A stretch of DNA of 64,000 bases, taken from contig CAWDYC010000007.1 of assembly GCA_963806535.1 (NCBI GenBank), forward strand, positions 256,001 to 320,000, in the 5' to 3' direction. Below, in pieces: positions 60,165 through 64,000 of the stretch. The notes under the pieces were generated by a model. It saw nothing but the letters and a program-made list of their open reading frames with translations. It searched no databases and was not told where the DNA came from. Made by a program: the position numbers and the translations under genes. The stretch is from Candidatus Bathyarchaeota archaeon. Its GTDB lineage: Archaea; Thermoproteota; Bathyarchaeia; Bathyarchaeales; Bathycorpusculaceae. Each line of letters opens with the position of its first letter. The stretch's first letter is position 1.

Positions 60165-60188
60165 TGTGACTGTGGAGCCACATATACA
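60165..60188. promoter_or_regulatory. Palindromic operator, copy 3 (upstream of the PH-domain gene)
   Basis: tgtGACtgtGGAGCCacaTATaca; followed on the minus strand by CAGC-TATTTAT. Confidence 0.8.
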
Positions 60189-60276
60189 AAGAGAGGTAAT
60201 TCTTGCTTTGGAGCCTACTGAGACCCCAGAAACAACCGCAAAGTCGGAAATTGTTAGATAGAGGGGATATTTAATT

Positions 60277-60603
60277 TTATGCGAATACGAAGCCGATGAT
60301 TATACCTATTATGAATCCGATGCTTAGCGGTAGTATGCCAATGATGAGTGCTCCGTATTGATACACGATTGACCCGTATTGGGTGGCGTAATTTTTCAAC
60401 GTACTAAGGCTTAAGCCGAAAAAGCCAAAGTAGGCAACGACGAAGAGTACAATTGCCGCTATGATGGCAATCTTTAGGAACATATGGACCAAATATCCTA
60501 CTATCAATCCGACTACGAACATTATTACGATCAAAACAATAGGTGGCAAACCGCCTATGCTTCCAGAAGTAATAAAATGAAATACTTGATCTATCGCTCC
60601 CAT
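60277..60603 (-). CDS. Small membrane protein (FUN14-like)
   Basis: F.VG.IVGY.V...LKI.......LF...Y.G......L...GF..G..IG pattern. Confidence 0.7.
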   Translation of the reverse strand: MGAIDQVFHFITSGSIGGLPPIVLIVIMFVVGLIVGYLVHMFLKIAIIAAIVLFVVAYFGFFGLSLSTLKNYATQYGSIVYQYGALIIGILPLSIGFIIGIIIGFVFA

Positions 60604-60654
60604 AATCTACAACTCCGCAATTAAGTAATTATTGTATTATTCCTTTTAAGCTTG

Positions 60655-60678
60655 TGTGTCAGGGAGGCTACATCAACA
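60655..60678. promoter_or_regulatory. Palindromic operator, copy 4 (one inner triplet degenerate; upstream of the FUN14-like gene)
   Basis: tgtGTCaggGAGGCTacaTCAaca; same position relative to a minus-strand CTTAAAA; flanks shared with copy 5 (TTTGTTGATGT...ACACAAG). Confidence 0.7.
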
Positions 60679-60858
60679 AATCGTCTGCTGGTATAATCAA
60701 ACACACTGTGGAAAAAACAGACCTTTGAGATTGCGAGAGAAAAATAGAATCTAAGCAACACAAATGATGCCAATAGTATAGAAATAAGATGACTCTTCTG
60801 TTTTAGCTTTCTCCGTTTGTGTGCATAGTGCTGGGTCAACCCAATGTATGATGTGATT

Positions 60859-61281
60859 TTAAATGTGGGGGAAGAATGTTCCAGGAACAACTATGCCAAA
60901 GAGGGCTCCGAATATTATGCTCACAACTACGAAGATTATCCATGCTAATATTGCTATCGCGATGGCTCCCAGCCAGCCAGTTTTGAAACTTGCTTTGTAA
61001 ACCCATATCCAAGTTATAAGCGCTAAAATTAATGCAATTATGTATGCTGTCGAGCCAATTAGCGATCCAAGTACGTAACCCACTATAATTAATGTAATGG
61101 CATAAACTATTGGACCGAACAGCGTAGCAATCATGGCTTCGCCAAACGTGGCTTTTCCGCCAGTAACTGCCTTGCCAGCCAACCACACAGGTATAGAAAC
61201 AATTATCCAAAGAATTATCAAGCCAATTATGGTTACAAGCAGACTTGCTAAAGTCATGTCTCCAAAAATAATATTGGTCAA
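60859..61281 (-). CDS. Four-TM hypothetical membrane protein
   Basis: Hydrophobic 140 aa with WLAGK.V.G..ATFGEA and YK..F.TGWL.A. Confidence 0.8.
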   Translation of the reverse strand: MTNIIFGDMTLASLLVTIIGLIILWIIVSIPVWLAGKAVTGGKATFGEAMIATLFGPIVYAITLIIVGYVLGSLIGSTAYIIALILALITWIWVYKASFKTGWLGAIAIAILAWIIFVVVSIIFGALFGIVVPGTFFPHI

Positions 61282-61330
61282 TAGTTACACCTGTTAAGTT
61301 ACTTAAGCGTGTAAATAACTATTAAACTTG

Positions 61331-61354
61331 TGTAGCTGTTGCCTCACATCAACA
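61331..61354. promoter_or_regulatory. Palindromic operator, copy 5 (upstream of the four-TM gene)
   Basis: tgtAGCtgtTGCCTCacaTCAaca; 4 nt from a minus-strand TTTAATA. Confidence 0.8.
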
Positions 61355-61422
61355 AAGCGATACTTTGTTTGTTAATTTAGTTTAAGACTTTTCTAAAGTA
61401 AAAACCTCGGGTAACCCTCAGA

Positions 61423-61446
61423 TGTTGCTGTGACTTCACAATCACG
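61423..61446. promoter_or_regulatory. Palindromic operator, copy 6 (1 mismatch; upstream of the plus-strand LEA-like ORF)
   Basis: tgtTGCtgtGACTTCacaATCacg followed by CACA-CTTAAT. Confidence 0.75.
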
Positions 61447-61491
61447 CACACTTAATTTTGCCATAAACAACTTTTAGATAGGGGTGATAGA

Positions 61492-61629
61492 ATGTCTAAG
61501 ACGAAGAAAAAAGTTAAGAATGCTGCCGAAGAAACGGGAGAAGCAGTCGGCAAAGGTATTAAGAGAGGAGCTAAAGCCGTGGATGACTTTGGAAAGGGAA
61601 TAAAGAAAGAACTCAAGAAAAAAGAATAA
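61492..61629 (+). CDS. Small Lys/Gly/Ala/Glu-rich hydrophilin (LEA/CsbD-like), 45 aa
   Basis: Not in the ORF track. GGGGTGA RBS; MSKTKKKVKNAAEETGEAVGKGIKRGAKAVDDFGKGIKKELKKKE with repeated GKGIK. Confidence 0.7.
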   Translation: MSKTKKKVKNAAEETGEAVGKGIKRGAKAVDDFGKGIKKELKKKE

Positions 61630-61793
61630 TGACGACAAATTTCCTTTCTCGAAACAAAAAAGAAAAGTACTTCTTACATTATCTAAAGTGAAGTCATAGA
61701 GTTCAAATTGATCTTGGAGGATAGGGCCGAGTTTCTAAATATTCTGGGGAAGAAAAAAACATTCAACATTACGCAGAGAACTTTTGGTTAGGG

Positions 61794-62750
61794 TTGAGAG
61801 TTTATCGTGGCTTCATCTCAAATTTACTTGACGTCAAGGCACCTATTTTTTGCGGACATAAAGTGACCTATAACTGTAATCTTCGCTGCAAGATGTGCCC
61901 GTTTTGGAAAAGAACCAGCCCAGATTCAAGTCTTGAACAGGAAAAAAGAATTCTGAAAAGGGTTTATGATTCAGGAGCTGTCGGAATCGCTTTTGAAGGC
62001 GGAGAACCGCTTCTGAGAAAGGATTTGGTCGAAATTCTTGCTTTTTCCCGTTCTCTGCCTTTGCATACGAGCCTCATAACTAACGGTACTCTGCTTGAGT
62101 CCAGAATTGACGAGATAGCACCGTACATTAACGGTGTGGTTTATGTTTCGTTGGATGGCTTAGAGAAAACTCATGATGCTATCAGAGGTGTTGGCGGAAG
62201 CTTTAGAAAAGCAGTAAGAGGAATAACTGCCGCAAAAGAAAAAGTTTCTGTAACCATCAATACGACGATAATGGCTGAGAATATTGATGAAACAGAAAGT
62301 TTAGTTAAGCTGGCAAAAGAGTTAGGAACAAAAATATCGGTAGCTGTGGCTCACGAATACTGCAACGTCAATGCATCTTCAGCTGCCACGGGCAAAACAT
62401 CGAAAATAGCCCACAGACTTATTGAAATGAAACAAGAAGGTTACCCTCTCGTCAATTCAATCGGTTACTTCAAAGTGATGGCTAAAGAGAAAAACTGGCA
62501 GTGCAAACCATGGGCGATGGTAAACATTGACCCTAACGGGAACGCAGTTTTGCCTTGCTATGTCCACAATGATTATGCAAGCAGCGTTTCCATCTTTGAA
62601 ACTGGCATTAAAACAGCCGTTTCTGGATTTGACTGGAAAAAAACTAGAAACTGCCAGAAATGTAGTCTTCACTGTTATGTTGAGCCTTCTTTGGCACTTT
62701 CAGGAGATCTTAAATCCTATATGCATTGGGCATTTCGTGTCAACATATAG
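61794..62750 (+). CDS. Radical SAM protein with C-terminal Cys cluster (PTO1314-like)
   Basis: CNLRCKMC, FEGGEPLLR, TNG, VSLDG, C.PW....DP.G..VLPC, C.KC..HC..EPS. Confidence 0.88.
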   Translation: MRVYRGFISNLLDVKAPIFCGHKVTYNCNLRCKMCPFWKRTSPDSSLEQEKRILKRVYDSGAVGIAFEGGEPLLRKDLVEILAFSRSLPLHTSLITNGTLLESRIDEIAPYINGVVYVSLDGLEKTHDAIRGVGGSFRKAVRGITAAKEKVSVTINTTIMAENIDETESLVKLAKELGTKISVAVAHEYCNVNASSAATGKTSKIAHRLIEMKQEGYPLVNSIGYFKVMAKEKNWQCKPWAMVNIDPNGNAVLPCYVHNDYASSVSIFETGIKTAVSGFDWKKTRNCQKCSLHCYVEPSLALSGDLKSYMHWAFRVNI

Positions 62751-62845
62751 TTCATCTATGAAAAATCAAGAAGCATACATCGTTTAAAGAAAATTAAGTT
62801 TAAAATAATGAAGAGAAGGAAAAAATTTAGCAGTTAAATGCTTGA

Positions 62846-63241
62846 TTATTTGGCTCTAACGATCTTTACTCTGCCCAGAATTTTCCAGTATTCGATTTCT
62901 GTGCCAGGAGTAAGTTTGGCTTTAGGAACTTCTTCCTCGTCAGGATATGGAGCATCAAGATACTCGTAAGTTTCCAAGTCCATGATTTGTATTCCGGTTG
63001 GATTGACAGCGAAAACTTGACCTGCTCTCTTGTCAATTATGGGTACTTCAGCGCCAAGATCAACTGGTTTAACGAATTGTCTCTTTTGTTTGTCAAAGAC
63101 ACCTATTGCAACGATTCTTGCTTTTGCTGATCCGTGTTTTCCAGGTTTTGACTTGGCAATGTCGACTATGCGGCATGGTTCGCCTTCAATCATCATGTAG
63201 CCGCCAACGCGTAATTCTCCGACATCGACTGGTTTACTCAT
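62846..63241 (-). CDS. eif5a: Translation initiation/elongation factor 5A
   Basis: GEPCRI...KSKPGKHGSAKAR hypusine motif, Q.MDLETYE. Confidence 0.96.
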   Translation of the reverse strand: MSKPVDVGELRVGGYMMIEGEPCRIVDIAKSKPGKHGSAKARIVAIGVFDKQKRQFVKPVDLGAEVPIIDKRAGQVFAVNPTGIQIMDLETYEYLDAPYPDEEEVPKAKLTPGTEIEYWKILGRVKIVRAK

Positions 63242-63443
63242 ACACTCACCAACAGTACTATTTCTAATCCAAACATTCTGAATAACAGCCATATATAGAT
63301 ATTTATTAATTTTTCAATGACGAAAGTAAATTTTTTAGAATTTCCATATCATTTTTGCTTCTAAAAGGATTATGCGTTCATGACTTTTCGAAATGTGGGT
63401 TGAGGTTACGAGTTAGCCATAGAAACTGAGAAATTAATGACAA

Positions 63444-64000
63444 TCAAGTTTTTAACCAGATAGGTTTTCCACCGACTATTTCCCTAAGTTGTGGTTCAGG
63501 ACATTGCAGACCCAAAGCTGTGAATACGCTTTCTTCTGTCTCGCCAGCCACTGCAACTTCATCTTTCAATAGTCCTTCGCTGTACTTTAGCCTAAAACCT
63601 TTTGATATGAGCATAGCCTGCAAGCCACATGTTGTGGTCTGCCGAACCCGTACGAATAAGCTCTTGAATGCCAAATGTTTGCTCAGTTGCACGATAAAAG
63701 TCAACTTGAAAAAGGATGTTTTCACAAGGATAATTTATTTTTATCACGCTTTTGCCTGCACAAATTACTTTGGCTTTTTTTAGGGCTTGAACAATTTTGC
63801 CCCAGCAACTATCAGTCGCAACCACAACAAAATCTACATCGCCGACAGTCGGCTTCTGCCTTCTGATTGAGCCAACTACCTCAAGTTTATCGCATAATGG
63901 TTTGATGATTAGTTTCAACTTGTTTAGCAAGAATCTGTGCCTTTGCTAACTCAAGCCTCGGTGAAACATCTGGCTCTTCCTCGCCGAACAGTTTAACCTG
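63444..64000 (-). CDS. Minimal DNA polymerase X (pol beta-like nucleotidyltransferase); frameshifts, start beyond the window
   Basis: VVGSIRRQKPTVGDVDFV, QVDF, RTGSADHN, GF.L...GL, ETEE.VF.ALGL...EP.LRE. Confidence 0.82.

Noticed and set aside
1-64000. CRISPR arrays, IS elements, integrases, inteins, rRNA
   Set aside because: No repeat-spacer arrays, transposase or integrase ORFs, or rRNA-like tracts were seen, and MCM and RFC are of normal length.

Overview
Archaeal chromosomal DNA. Gene content and order point to a TACK archaeon, probably Bathyarchaeia (inference). About 1-53 kb is mostly core housekeeping: argS (cut by the window start), tRNA-Leu(GAG), cysK-cysE, guaA, a nucleotide-sugar operon, trm112/trm5-like, rpoP, taw1, translin, endonuclease V, rfcS/rfcL, gdh, GINS23-MCM, the conserved PCNA-priL-priS-GINS15-L44e-S27e-aIF2alpha-Nop10-PAC2 cluster, tfs, rpoL, csl4, dph2, ppsA, uL16, ksgA, rpoF, eL21, pus10 and srp54. 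About 53.5-62.8 kb is an accessory patch of small membrane and stress-type genes around a TrmB-family regulator, followed by eIF5A and a minimal PolX. Main finding: a 24-bp palindrome, TGT-N3-TGT-N6-ACA-N3-ACA, sits directly upstream of the TATA-like box of six small genes in that patch (four perfect copies, two variants), which suggests an undescribed activator regulon. Other findings: a box C/D sRNA upstream of srp54 with a guide to the 23S peptidyl-transferase region, an aIF2alpha gene reduced to 34 codons by an in-frame internal deletion, a UDP-sugar dehydrogenase homolog lacking its catalytic residues, and several small ORFs missing from the ORF track. Many single-base frameshifts, including in core genes, look like long-read assembly errors. 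All calls come from reading the sequence; no searches were run.
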